64,000 nt of DNA from an uncultured Bacillota bacterium (GTDB lineage: Bacteria; Sysuimicrobiota; Sysuimicrobiia; Sysuimicrobiales; Segetimicrobiaceae): assembly GCA_963804645.1 (NCBI GenBank), contig CAWDRG010000017.1, positions 224,001-288,000 on the forward strand, in the 5' to 3' direction. Made by a program: the position numbers and the translations under genes. Position 1 is the stretch's first letter. Every line of letters begins with the position of its first letter. The notes under the pieces are model-generated. The model made no database searches. It was not told where the DNA came from and saw nothing but the letters and a program-made list of their open reading frames with translations. Below are positions 50,623 through 59,984 of the stretch, piece by piece.

Positions 50623-51371
50623 CGCCGTCCCCAACGCTGCAACAGCACCTGTTCCCACGCGTAGACGATCTGATTAATCGTCGTGACGCAGATCAGGAGC
50701 AGCACAATCAGGGCGTACAGCGTGGTGTTGTCGAATCCGAGATACGCGAACGACAGGCGGTACCCAACCCCGCTGGACGACAGGATGAACTCGGTGCTGA
50801 TGACGCCGATCAGGCTGTAGGCGATCGCGAGCTTCACGCCGGTGATGATGAACGGGGCCGCCGATGGGAGGACGACCCGGACGCCCGTTTCGAACGGCCC
50901 CATCCGGTAACTGCGGGCCATCTTCAACAACACGCGCGGCACCCGATCGAGCCCCAGCAGTGTGTTCACGACGACGGCGACGACCGAATAGAGGAACGCG
51001 ATGACCACCTTCGGGATCTCGTTGAGCCCGAACAGCACGATGAACAACGGATAAAACGCCCAGATCGGAATCGCATAATACGTCCCGAAGAGCGGATCCA
51101 GGATGCGGCGCACCCGCGGCACCGTATGCACCACCGCCCCCGCCAGCACGCCGACGAGGACGGCGCTCACCACCGCGATCGCCACCGCGGTAAACGTCGC
51201 CAGCAGATCCCCGTTGAGCGAGCCGCTGCGGAGGAGCGCGACGAGCCCCACGAGCATCGCGCTCGGCGGGACCATGGTGAACCGCGAGATCACCCCGGCG
51301 CGGCACAGGACCTCCAGCAGGAGGACGGCTCCGGCGAGGACCGCCGTGCGCAGCGCGACCGCGGGCTTCAT
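50619..51371 (-). CDS. NitT/TauT ABC permease
   Basis: VPPS, YPLFIVLFGL, LPSAAPFIITG and EFI..GVGY motifs. Confidence 0.9.
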   Translation of the reverse strand: MKPAVALRTAVLAGAVLLLEVLCRAGVISRFTMVPPSAMLVGLVALLRSGSLNGDLLATFTAVAIAVVSAVLVGVLAGAVVHTVPRVRRILDPLFGTYYAIPIWAFYPLFIVLFGLNEIPKVVIAFLYSVVAVVVNTLLGLDRVPRVLLKMARSYRMGPFETGVRVVLPSAAPFIITGVKLAIAYSLIGVISTEFILSSSGVGYRLSFAYLGFDNTTLYALIVLLLICVTTINQIVYAWEQVLLQRWGRR

Positions 51372-52189
51372 TGCACGGCCGGCCCGTGTCCCATGGCTTT
51401 GAGCGACTCGTCGCGGAGGAGGGACCAGATGTGCCCGGTGATCCGGCCGAAATCTGCGTGCTCGGCGATGCGGCTGTCGCGGTCCCGGGGCCACCCGGTC
51501 TCCACGATCTCCAGGAACCGCCCCGGCCGCGCGGACATCACCCCCACCCGGTCAGACAGCACCGTCGCCTCGTCAATCGCGTGGGTAATCAGGAAGATGG
51601 TCGCACCGGTTTCGCGCCACAGCCGCAGGACCTCGTCCCCCATCAGGAGCCGGGTCTGCTGATCCAGCGCCCCAAACGGCTCGTCCAACAGGATCAACCG
51701 CGGCTCCAACACGAGCGTGCGCGCGATGCACACCCGCTGACGCATCCCGCCCGACAGCTGCGCGGGATACGCCCGTCCAAAATCCGTGAGCCCCATCAGC
51801 TTCAACGCATCGTCGACCCGGCGGCGGATCTCCCCCGGCGCGGCCCCGCGGCGGCGCAGTCCGAACGCCACGTTGTCCCACACCGTGAGCCACGGAAGGC
51901 TCGCGTCCTCCTGAAACACGAGCCCGATGCCGTCCGGGACCTGGCCGCGGATCGGCCGCCCTTCGAAGGTGATCTCCCCCGCCGTCGCCCGGGAGAGCCC
52001 AGCGATGAGATCGAGGAGCGTCGACTTCCCGCACCCCGACGGCCCGATGACCGAAAACAGCTGGCCCCTCAGCAAGTCGAGGTCGATCGGTCCGAGGGCG
52101 TGCACACGCTGCGTGCCGCCGTCCCCGTCATACACGCGCGTGACACCCCGGAGGACGACGTGGGCCGCCTGCTGATCCGTACCGCTCAT
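51368..52189 (-). CDS. NitT/TauT ABC ATPase
   Basis: GPSGCGKS, LSGGMRQR, LLDEPFGALD and ITH motifs. Confidence 0.93.
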   Translation of the reverse strand: MSGTDQQAAHVVLRGVTRVYDGDGGTQRVHALGPIDLDLLRGQLFSVIGPSGCGKSTLLDLIAGLSRATAGEITFEGRPIRGQVPDGIGLVFQEDASLPWLTVWDNVAFGLRRRGAAPGEIRRRVDDALKLMGLTDFGRAYPAQLSGGMRQRVCIARTLVLEPRLILLDEPFGALDQQTRLLMGDEVLRLWRETGATIFLITHAIDEATVLSDRVGVMSARPGRFLEIVETGWPRDRDSRIAEHADFGRITGHIWSLLRDESLKAMGHGPAVQ

Positions 52190-52292
52190 CGTTCCTTCTC
52201 CTTCACTGGCCGGAGCGTATTCAGGTTGCCGGGCGGGTTCTCCTCCTGCGGCACGGCGTGACGGGAAGGAGCCTCCCCCACCTTCGCCTAAA

Positions 52293-52310
52293 ATGGATCC
52301 AGGGATCCAT
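52293..52310. promoter_or_regulatory. Operator-like palindrome ATGGATCC-AG-GGATCCAT between the ABC operon and gntR
   Basis: Perfect 8-bp arms, adjacent to TACGAT (52312-52317); a second copy lies at 57374. Confidence 0.7.
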
Positions 52311-52362
52311 CTACGATCGTCGAGATGTTCCCGCCCATCGACGCCGCCGAAGGGAGCCCGAT

Positions 52363-53139
52363 GTGAGCAGTGCCTCACGAGAGTTCAGCCTCGGCCCGAT
52401 CCCGCCCGGCGGCATCGCGTCGGTCGGCGACGTGGTCGTCCGCACTGTCAGGGACGCCATCCTGCGCGGGAGACTCAAGGCCGGCGATCGGCTGCAGCAG
52501 GACAAGCTCGCGCAGCAGCTGCACGTCAGCAGACAGCCGGTCCGGGAGGCGCTGCGCCGGCTGCAGAGCGAGGGGCTGGTCGTGCAGCTCCCGCAGCGAT
52601 GGATGGCCGTCCGCGAATTCAGCGCCCACGAGATTTTGGAGAACTCCCGCATTCGCTTGATCCTGGAACCCGAAGCCGCGCGCATCGCCGCGGAGCGCAT
52701 CCTGCCGGAGGAGATCGAGGCGCTGAAGTCCATCAACCGGACGATGGCGCAGATGATCTCGGCGGGGCACCTGTCGAAGGTGGCGGCGCTGAACGCCGAG
52801 TTCCATCATCGCATCTACGAGGCCGCACGCATGCCCACATTGACCCGGCTGATCGAACAGCTGTGGGTGGGCCGCGCGATTCTGACGCCCCCGTTCATCC
52901 CGGGTGGCCGGGGTCGCCGGACGGTGGATGAACACGCCGCGCTCGTGCGGGCCCTCGAGCGGAGGAATCCGCCGGGTGCGGCCAAGGCGATGCGCGATCA
53001 CATCGCGCGTGCCGCAAACGAGTATGCGCGGCAGCAGGCTGCGATCGACACGCGGCATCCCACTCCGGCCGCGAAGCGCGCCGCACGGGTCCGCGGCACA
53101 GGACGAGCCCCGACCCGCGCGGCGCGACGGGAGCGTTAG
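52363..53139 (+). CDS. GntR family (FCD) transcriptional regulator
   Basis: LAQQLHVSRQPVREALRRLQSEGLV HTH; FCD motifs NAEFHHRI, EHAALV and MRDHI. Confidence 0.92.
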   Translation: MSSASREFSLGPIPPGGIASVGDVVVRTVRDAILRGRLKAGDRLQQDKLAQQLHVSRQPVREALRRLQSEGLVVQLPQRWMAVREFSAHEILENSRIRLILEPEAARIAAERILPEEIEALKSINRTMAQMISAGHLSKVAALNAEFHHRIYEAARMPTLTRLIEQLWVGRAILTPPFIPGGRGRRTVDEHAALVRALERRNPPGAAKAMRDHIARAANEYARQQAAIDTRHPTPAAKRAARVRGTGRAPTRAARRER

Positions 53140-53219
53140 GCGATCGGCGCCGGCCCCTTCGGCACCGGCGGACGCCGCCCATGCCGCGCCGTCGCGATGG
53201 CGCGGTCGATTCGACCCGC

Positions 53220-54158
53220 TCACTGAGGCAGCGGCCCGATCCCGGGGTCGGGAACCGGAGCCCGCCTGAGGAGATCGCCGAGCCGGCCGATGTGGTCCAG
53301 TAGCTCCCGCCTCGACCGCAGTCCCCTCGTATCGAATCGGCCGGCGACCCACGTCACGCCGGCCTCGCACATGGCGTGCATCTCCCGGAGCAGCACCTCC
53401 GACGGCGCGGACAGCCAAGACCCGTCTCGATGAAAACAGATGTCAAACGGGTCCGCTCTCCCAAGCTCCGCGCGCATCGCCTCCATCTGCCGCACCTTCT
53501 CGGCCAGCCTCGCGATCGATGAAACGCTCGCCGTCGACATCCGCGCCGCGCTCGGTCCGGGGGTTTCCGCCGGGATCCACCCCTCGCACAACCGCGCGGC
53601 GCGCTCCATCGCGGTCCGGCTGTTGCCCCCGAGCCAGATCGGAGGCCGCGGCTCCCCGGGCACGCGGACGATCGAGTTGCCCGACGCGCTCCAGTGCAGC
53701 CCGCGGAGAGACAGCGGGGCGCCGGACCACGCCTCCTTCAGGACGGTGATCGCTTCGTCTACCAACTCATTCCGTCTGTCGTAGTCCGCCCCCACCGCGG
53801 CGGCCTCGGCCGCCAAGTAGCCTGCGCCAACACCGAGCACGAGTCTCCCCCCGCAGAGATGCTGCAGCGTGGCGACCATGCCGGCGGTCAGCAGCGGGTT
53901 TCGGTACGGCAGGACCACGAGGTTGGTGTGCAGGAGAATACGGGACGTCGCCCGAGCGACATAGGCGAGCGTGAGAAACGGATCTAAGGTGTGTCGGGGG
54001 CGCCCGTCCGGGCCGATGACGGGACACGGATGATCAGAGACGTGACACCCGTGCAGTCCCGCCTCCTCGACCGCGGCGGCGATCTCCCCGAGCGCCTCGG
54101 CCGCCACGTACTCGGATCCCTCGATCGGCCTGGGAAGTGCGACCGACACGCTCAGCAC
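53220..54158 (-). CDS. Luciferase-like (LLM) oxidoreductase, possibly F420-dependent
   Basis: SDHP, LDPFLTL, VLPYRNP, GRLVLGVGAGY and PPIWLGGNS motifs. Confidence 0.88.
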   Translation of the reverse strand: MLSVSVALPRPIEGSEYVAAEALGEIAAAVEEAGLHGCHVSDHPCPVIGPDGRPRHTLDPFLTLAYVARATSRILLHTNLVVLPYRNPLLTAGMVATLQHLCGGRLVLGVGAGYLAAEAAAVGADYDRRNELVDEAITVLKEAWSGAPLSLRGLHWSASGNSIVRVPGEPRPPIWLGGNSRTAMERAARLCEGWIPAETPGPSAARMSTASVSSIARLAEKVRQMEAMRAELGRADPFDICFHRDGSWLSAPSEVLLREMHAMCEAGVTWVAGRFDTRGLRSRRELLDHIGRLGDLLRRAPVPDPGIGPLPQ

Positions 54159-54232
54159 GTTCGCACCTCAGGGACGCGCATGCCGCGACACGTCGGCGTC
54201 TCGTCGGAGCCCGTGACCGTCGGGCCGCAGCG

Positions 54233-54667
54233 TCACCCGGATCGCGCGGTGCCGAGCACGTCCAGCGCGGCTTGCGCGCACTCCTTGTCCTTGTCGGCGC
54301 GCCCCCCGCTCGCGCCCACCGCGCCCAGCACCTGGTCGCCGCGGCGGATCAGCAGCGCCCCCAACGCGGGAATCAGCGGCAACCCGCGCAGGATCGGCAG
54401 GGCGTTCAGCTGCTGAAAATCCATCGGCCGCTCCACGGCCACTTTGGCGATGTAGTCCCCGTCGCGATGCCACAGGGCCGATCCGACCGCCTTCGCCTCT
54501 GCGACCTGCAGCGCCCAGGGCAGCGTCCCGTCCATCCGTGCGGAGGCGATCGGCAGCCCCCCCTCGTCGACCACGATCACCGCCACCTTAATCTCGAGCT
54601 CCTTCGCCCGCGCAATCGCCGCCGCGATCATGTGTTGCGCCTCGCCCAACGTCACCGGCACGCGCAT
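54233..54667 (-). CDS. GlcG/HbpS family heme-binding protein
   Basis: VAVIVVDEGG..RMDG..AEAKA and GAVGASGG..DKECA motifs. Confidence 0.88.
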   Translation of the reverse strand: MRVPVTLGEAQHMIAAAIARAKELEIKVAVIVVDEGGLPIASARMDGTLPWALQVAEAKAVGSALWHRDGDYIAKVAVERPMDFQQLNALPILRGLPLIPALGALLIRRGDQVLGAVGASGGRADKDKECAQAALDVLGTARSG

Positions 54668-54737
54668 CCCTCCTCAGTCCGTGCGAATCGTCCGCCGTCA
54701 CGTGTGTCCGCCCCGTGCGTCTCCCGCACTCGTACCG

Positions 54738-55463
54738 TCACGACCCCCCATTCACACGCAGGTAGGCCCCGTTGGTATAGCCGGCCTGCTCCGATGCCAA
54801 ATACCGGATCGCGTGGGCGATGTCGTCGGGTTGACCCACGCGCCCCACGGGCGTATTGGCCAGCATCTTCCACCGCTCGGGGCTGATGCTGGCGTTCATC
54901 GGCGTATCGGTGGCACCGGGCAGGACCGCGTTGACCGTGACCCCCCATTTGCCAGCATCCCTGGCGATGGAGCGCACGAGGCCCAAGAGGCCAGCCTTGG
55001 CGGCGGCGTAGTGCACGTGATTGGTGCTACCCGTCTCCGCGTTCTGCGACGAGATGCACACGATCCGTCCGTATCCCTGCTCCTTCATGTACGGCAGCAC
55101 CGCCTGGCTGGTCAAGAACGCGCCCTTGAGATGGACGTCGATCATGCGGTCCCACTCGGCCTCTTCCAGTTCGAGGATCGGCGCATTCTTGGCGTAGCCG
55201 GCTCCGCTCACGAGAATGTCGACGCGGCCGAACTTCGCGATGCCGGCGCCCACGGCGTTCAGCACCGACTGGCGGTCCGCCACGTCCACGCGCACGCCGA
55301 GCGCGTCGCCCCCCTGGCCGATGATAGTCTGCGCGGTGTCGCGCGCGCCCGACTCGTTGGCGTCCATCGCCACGATGCGGCACCCGTCCTTCGCCAGCAG
55401 CAGGGCCGTGGCCCGACATATTCCGCTTGCGCCGCCCGTGAGAAATGCAACTCGCTCCGTCAT
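54738..55463 (-). CDS. Short-chain dehydrogenase/reductase (FabG-like)
   Basis: TGGASGI, ISS, YAAAK, VNAVLPG and VNGG motifs. Confidence 0.92.
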   Translation of the reverse strand: MTERVAFLTGGASGICRATALLLAKDGCRIVAMDANESGARDTAQTIIGQGGDALGVRVDVADRQSVLNAVGAGIAKFGRVDILVSGAGYAKNAPILELEEAEWDRMIDVHLKGAFLTSQAVLPYMKEQGYGRIVCISSQNAETGSTNHVHYAAAKAGLLGLVRSIARDAGKWGVTVNAVLPGATDTPMNASISPERWKMLANTPVGRVGQPDDIAHAIRYLASEQAGYTNGAYLRVNGGS

Positions 55464-55527
55464 ATCTCCCTCCCTCGTGAGCTCATGCCGCCGTATCCCG
55501 CGGCGGCCCCAGCGTGGATCCAGGCGA

Positions 55528-57297
55528 TCATGGGTTGGTGGGCGGGGCGGTCGACCGCGGCCGCGCCGCGGCCATCAGCGGCGAGCGCAGGTCGACGAAC
55601 GTCTCCGCCATCGAGGTCTCCACGTCGACGACCGCCGCCGTGCCGGCCGCGGTCGCGCGCCGCAGCGTCGGGATGAGCTCCGCTGGCGTGCGCACGCGAA
55701 ACCCCTCGCATCCGATGGCCGTCGCGATCTCCGCGTAGTTGAAGTTCTGCAGGGCGGTCTTGAACTCGGGTTCACCCCGATCGCGCTGCCCGTGCATGCT
55801 CCAGCCGAGCGCACCATTGTTCAAGACGATGACGGTGATGGGAATGCGCTCCTCGACGGCGGTTAGCAAGCCCGCGAGGGACATTCCCAATCCCCCGTCG
55901 CCACACACGGCCACCACCACGCGATCGGGGTGGCACACTTTCGCGCCCAGGGCTGCCGGAATGGCATAGCCCATCCCGCCGGCCGCCGCGGACTGGAGAT
56001 AGACGCCCGGATCGCGTGTTTCGAAGTAGCGGCACATCAGCAGACGATTTTCGCCGGCGTCCGCGCACACGATCGCCGCGTCGGGCAGCGCCCGCCGCAG
56101 GTCCGCGATCACGCGCTGAGGGTGCAGCGGCGCGGCGGTCGAGTCCGCGTGCGAGGCGACCGCGGTCTCCCAGCGGGCGCGCCAGCCCTGCAGCGCGGCC
56201 CGCCGGTGTTCCAGGATCCTTGGGGCGACGGGACCGTCCCGCAGCGCGGCGGCGAGCGCCGCCAGGGCGATACGGGCATCGGCGATCACGATCGTCTCGG
56301 CGGGGAACGTCCACGAGGCGTTGCGCGGCTCCACGTCGATCTGCATCAATCGCTGCCGCACGGGATCGAGCAACTTCGGGTGTTCGTTCGCGGTATCGCT
56401 CGGACCCAGCTTGCTGCCGACGACGAGCACGGTGTCCGCCTGCGCCAGCACATCGTTCGCCAGCGGCGACCCGAAGTTGCCGAAGACCCCGGCGGCGAGG
56501 GCGTGGTTCTCCGGGAAGCATCCCTTCCCGGCCGCAGTCGTAACCACCGGGGCCGCAGTCAGGGACACGATGTCCTGCAGCGCGCGCTGCGCTCTGGCGG
56601 TGCGGACGCCGCCGCCGACGAGGACCACGGGGCGCTCCGCATCCCGCAGCGCCTGCGCCACCGTTGACATATCGGGCGCCGCGGGCACCGGCGCCGCGAG
56701 GTACGCGTCGGTCGCATACAGGCGCGGCACCGAGTGCGGTCCCACGTGGCCGGCCAGCGCCGCGGAGTGGTACAAGAGCGCGACCGGACCGGGTTGGCCC
56801 GCCCGCGCGTGCTTGAGGGCGAGCTGGGTCGCCTGCACGGCCTGCACCGCTTCATGCGGCTCGAACACCGCCTTTGTGATGCCCCCGAACGCGCGCCGCG
56901 CATCCCAGCTGCCGTACTCCCCCGTGCCCGACTGGTAGGGTGCGTGCTGCGAGAATGGACTGCCGTCGCTCAGATCGCTCAGCAGAATCAGCGGGGTGCC
57001 CGCCAGCAGCGCCTCGAGCGTCCCGACGACCCCGTGGCCGAGCAGCCAGCTCCCCTGCCCGATCGCGACGCCGGGGCGGCCCGACACGCGCGCATAGCTC
57101 TCCGCTGCCACGGTCGCCAGCGCTTCATGACGCACGAGCACTGTCCGGATCGAGCCGTGAGCGGCGAGCGCCGCGAAGATTCGGCCGGTGTTGCCGCCCG
57201 ACATCCCGAACACCGCGTCAATCCCGGCCTCCTCGAGCACTCGCACAATCGCTTCCGGCACGGACACCGGCGCATCGAACAGCGGACGAGCGCTCAT
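55528..57297 (-). CDS. Thiamine pyrophosphate-dependent enzyme (acetolactate synthase-like)
   Basis: VFGMSGG, VRHE, GGMGYAIPAA and GDGG..NNG motifs; AAGGAGG RBS. Confidence 0.9.
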   Translation of the reverse strand: MSARPLFDAPVSVPEAIVRVLEEAGIDAVFGMSGGNTGRIFAALAAHGSIRTVLVRHEALATVAAESYARVSGRPGVAIGQGSWLLGHGVVGTLEALLAGTPLILLSDLSDGSPFSQHAPYQSGTGEYGSWDARRAFGGITKAVFEPHEAVQAVQATQLALKHARAGQPGPVALLYHSAALAGHVGPHSVPRLYATDAYLAAPVPAAPDMSTVAQALRDAERPVVLVGGGVRTARAQRALQDIVSLTAAPVVTTAAGKGCFPENHALAAGVFGNFGSPLANDVLAQADTVLVVGSKLGPSDTANEHPKLLDPVRQRLMQIDVEPRNASWTFPAETIVIADARIALAALAAALRDGPVAPRILEHRRAALQGWRARWETAVASHADSTAAPLHPQRVIADLRRALPDAAIVCADAGENRLLMCRYFETRDPGVYLQSAAAGGMGYAIPAALGAKVCHPDRVVVAVCGDGGLGMSLAGLLTAVEERIPITVIVLNNGALGWSMHGQRDRGEPEFKTALQNFNYAEIATAIGCEGFRVRTPAELIPTLRRATAAGTAAVVDVETSMAETFVDLRSPLMAAARPRSTAPPTNP

Positions 57298-57373
57298 CGG
57301 ATCCTCCTTCCCGTGCTGTACCAGTCGACGTGAGGCGAACCGATCGGTCAGACGGCTCACCGAATCCCGATAC

Positions 57374-57389
57374 TGGATCCTTGGATCCA
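57374..57389. promoter_or_regulatory. Second copy of the operator, TGGATCC-TT-GGATCCA
   Basis: Same arms and spacing as 52294-52309, upstream of the TPP-enzyme/SDR/GlcG/LLM operon. Confidence 0.7.
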
Positions 57390-57466
57390 TTCTCGTCCCG
57401 CGCGCGCGCCCCCTCCTCGCTCCGATCCCGAACAATGCGGTCTGATGCCGCGGACGTGGGGGCTCG

Positions 57467-58840
57467 CTAGTCGGCGGTCAGCCGGCCGAGATTCGCCAGG
57501 ATCTCGGCCACGTTGTCCACTGTGTCAAAGGTCCAGAAGGCCTGCTTCAGCTCGCGACACAGCCTGACGTCGTTCGCTGAGGCGCACAGCGCATCGCATT
57601 TCTCGTTCACCTCGTCGTCGGTCAGCGGGTCTTTCGCGTGGCCGTGGGGCACCGCCGCCTGCCCCTCGACGACCGCGCCGGACCGGAGCCGAATGACGAT
57701 CCGGGTGTTCAGTTCGGCGGGAAACCGCTCCGAGAAGTCCGCCCGCTCCGCGATCGAGATCCGCTGCATCAGCCGCCGGAGCGCCGGATCGGCGATCCGC
57801 TCGTCGGTGAAGGAGGTCGGCGTGATGCGGCCATCGAGGAGCGCCGCCGCCAGGAGATACGGGAGGCTGTGATCGGCCGTCTCCCGGGTATGCGGGTCCC
57901 ACTTCGCCGGCTCCATGCCGATCTCGCTGTACGCTAGCCAGTACGTCTCGACATGAATGTCCTCGATCTCGTCGACCGGCGCGCGCGTCCGAAGCCCGAG
58001 GATGACGTCCAGCGCGCTCTGCGAGTTGTACTCGGCGGGATAAAACTTCAGGCTGCTGGACTCCGCCGCAAACGGCCGGGCGTGCGGCAGCCGAAGGTCC
58101 AGCGTGAAGGGTCCCGTGATGAGATCCATGATGCCGTCCTTGCCGACGAACGCCGCGGTCGGCCCCGTCATCCCCTCGCGCGCGAGCAGCGCGGCGAAAA
58201 TTCCGTTCCGGTTGGCCGCGGCGGTCGCGCTGCCTTTCCACATCGACAAATGACCGACCCGCGTCTGCCGCGTCGCGATGTTGGACGTGACGGCCACGGA
58301 GGCCGCGTGCGCCAGCTGATCCCGCGAGAGGCCGAGGAGCTTCCCCGCCCCCATCGCCGCGGCGACCACGGTGAAGGTGCCCTGGTCCCACCCGCGCTCG
58401 CGAATGCGCGTGACGCCGGCCAGCGCCGCGCCGATCTCGTATGCCACGACGATGCTCAGGAGCACGTCCAGACCGCGTGCGCCGAGGCCTTCGCCGACGG
58501 CGAGCGCGGCGGGGATCAGGTCGCTGGGATGCTGCCCGCCGCCCCGCGGCGTAAAGTGCATGTCGTTGTAGTCGAGGAACCGCACCATGACGGTGTTCGC
58601 AAATGCGGCCAGCTCGACGGTAGTCTTGGGCCGGAGGCCGACCGCGGTCGCCGACAGCGCACCCTGGGACTGACTGGCAAGCCGTCTCGCGATGCGGGCG
58701 GGGGCGCTGCCCCGCCCGCCCACGATGCACCCGAACGAGTCCACCAGCCGGCGCTTCACCTCGTGGATTGCCGACGCGTCCAGGGCCTCGACGGTCAGCC
58801 CCTCGACAAAACCGGCGATGCTCTGGGTCACCTCATCCAT
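57467..58840 (-). CDS. MmgE/PrpD family protein (2-methylcitrate dehydratase-like)
   Basis: RFLDYND, HPSD, RVGHLSMWKG, KFYPAEY and RETADHSLPY motifs. Confidence 0.9.
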   Translation of the reverse strand: MDEVTQSIAGFVEGLTVEALDASAIHEVKRRLVDSFGCIVGGRGSAPARIARRLASQSQGALSATAVGLRPKTTVELAAFANTVMVRFLDYNDMHFTPRGGGQHPSDLIPAALAVGEGLGARGLDVLLSIVVAYEIGAALAGVTRIRERGWDQGTFTVVAAAMGAGKLLGLSRDQLAHAASVAVTSNIATRQTRVGHLSMWKGSATAAANRNGIFAALLAREGMTGPTAAFVGKDGIMDLITGPFTLDLRLPHARPFAAESSSLKFYPAEYNSQSALDVILGLRTRAPVDEIEDIHVETYWLAYSEIGMEPAKWDPHTRETADHSLPYLLAAALLDGRITPTSFTDERIADPALRRLMQRISIAERADFSERFPAELNTRIVIRLRSGAVVEGQAAVPHGHAKDPLTDDEVNEKCDALCASANDVRLCRELKQAFWTFDTVDNVAEILANLGRLTAD

Positions 58841-58900
58841 GGCGCGTCGTCCTCCGTCTCTGTCCCGGCGCGCCCGTCCCGCCCGCGGCGCACCGAGCCG

Positions 58901-59584
58901 TCACGGGTGGATCTCGGTGCCGGCCTCGCGCAGCCGCTGGTCGACATCGATGCCGCCGACCTGCCGCCCAGCCGCCGAGTCGGCCCGCCACGCGACCTCT
59001 CGCTCGACGATCTTCCGCCAGGCCGCGTACACGTCGTCCGCGTCACCGCGCGGAATCACCACGATCCCTTCCGCGTCGGCGACGACGAGGTCCCCGGGGT
59101 TCACGACGACCCCGCCGCACGCGACCGGGTAGTTCACCTCTCCCGGTCCCGCGGTGGCGCCCGCCATCGGACAGATCGCCCGGGCAAACACCGGCAGCGC
59201 CAGCTCACGCGTCTCGGCGACGTCCCGCATGCCGCCGTCGACGATCACGCCTGCCAATTTCTTCTGCGCCGCAAACAGGCTGCGGTTGCCGCCCCACAGG
59301 CTCGCGCTCACGGCCCCGCGTCCGTCCACCACGAGGACGTCGCCCGCCTGCGCGAGCTCCATCGCCTTGAGAATCAGCGACGACCCGCCGGCCGGCAGCT
59401 TCACCGTCACGGCGGGCCCCACGCACTTCGGCATGGGCGCGTAGACGGGGAAGAGGTCGCGCATCGCGCCGCTCTTGTTCATCGCGTCCGCGAGGTCGGG
59501 CGGACTCGCCTCGCGAAACCGAGCGATCAGCTCCGGGCTCGGTCGGTCGATCGTCAAGCGCACGCGGTTCCCCACATTGGCCAT
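58901..59584 (-). CDS. RraA/HMG-aldolase family protein
   Basis: DLADAM, GPAVTV, GDVLVVD, WGG, DGGMRD and GDLVVADAEG motifs; GAGGAG RBS. Confidence 0.9.
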   Translation of the reverse strand: MANVGNRVRLTIDRPSPELIARFREASPPDLADAMNKSGAMRDLFPVYAPMPKCVGPAVTVKLPAGGSSLILKAMELAQAGDVLVVDGRGAVSASLWGGNRSLFAAQKKLAGVIVDGGMRDVAETRELALPVFARAICPMAGATAGPGEVNYPVACGGVVVNPGDLVVADAEGIVVIPRGDADDVYAAWRKIVEREVAWRADSAAGRQVGGIDVDQRLREAGTEIHP

Positions 59585-59984
59585 GCGGTCACGCTCCTCG
59601 CGCGGTGGTATGTCGACTGATGCACCGTCGAAACGAACGAAGGCACCTCGGACCTGCGGGACGGTTCGTCGGACGGTCGACGCGGGCCGCGATGCGCCGC
59701 CGGCGGGCGTTGCACCAGCGCATCCGGCGCCTGGAGTTCGCGGCAAGACGCGCCGCTCCCTGCGCGGGGGACCAGAGGCCGGCCGCAGGAAGCCAGAAAC
59801 GCCGAGTGGAAACCGTCAGTGATCGGTCGCGATCTCCTCTCCTCCAGCGTGCGGCGCCGCGCGGCAGCCCCGGACGCACCGCGCCGTCAACGGGACGCGC
59901 CGCTGTGGACCACGCGCCGCATCCGCGCCGGTCCCGGCGCCGCAGCAGGAAGGCCGCGCAGCCAACGCACAGGAGGTCAACGAC

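Noticed and set aside
59760..59815. Cobalamin riboswitch-like AGGAAGCCAGAA
   Set aside because: The other conserved elements (GCCACTG, GGGAA, CCCGC core) are not present in order.
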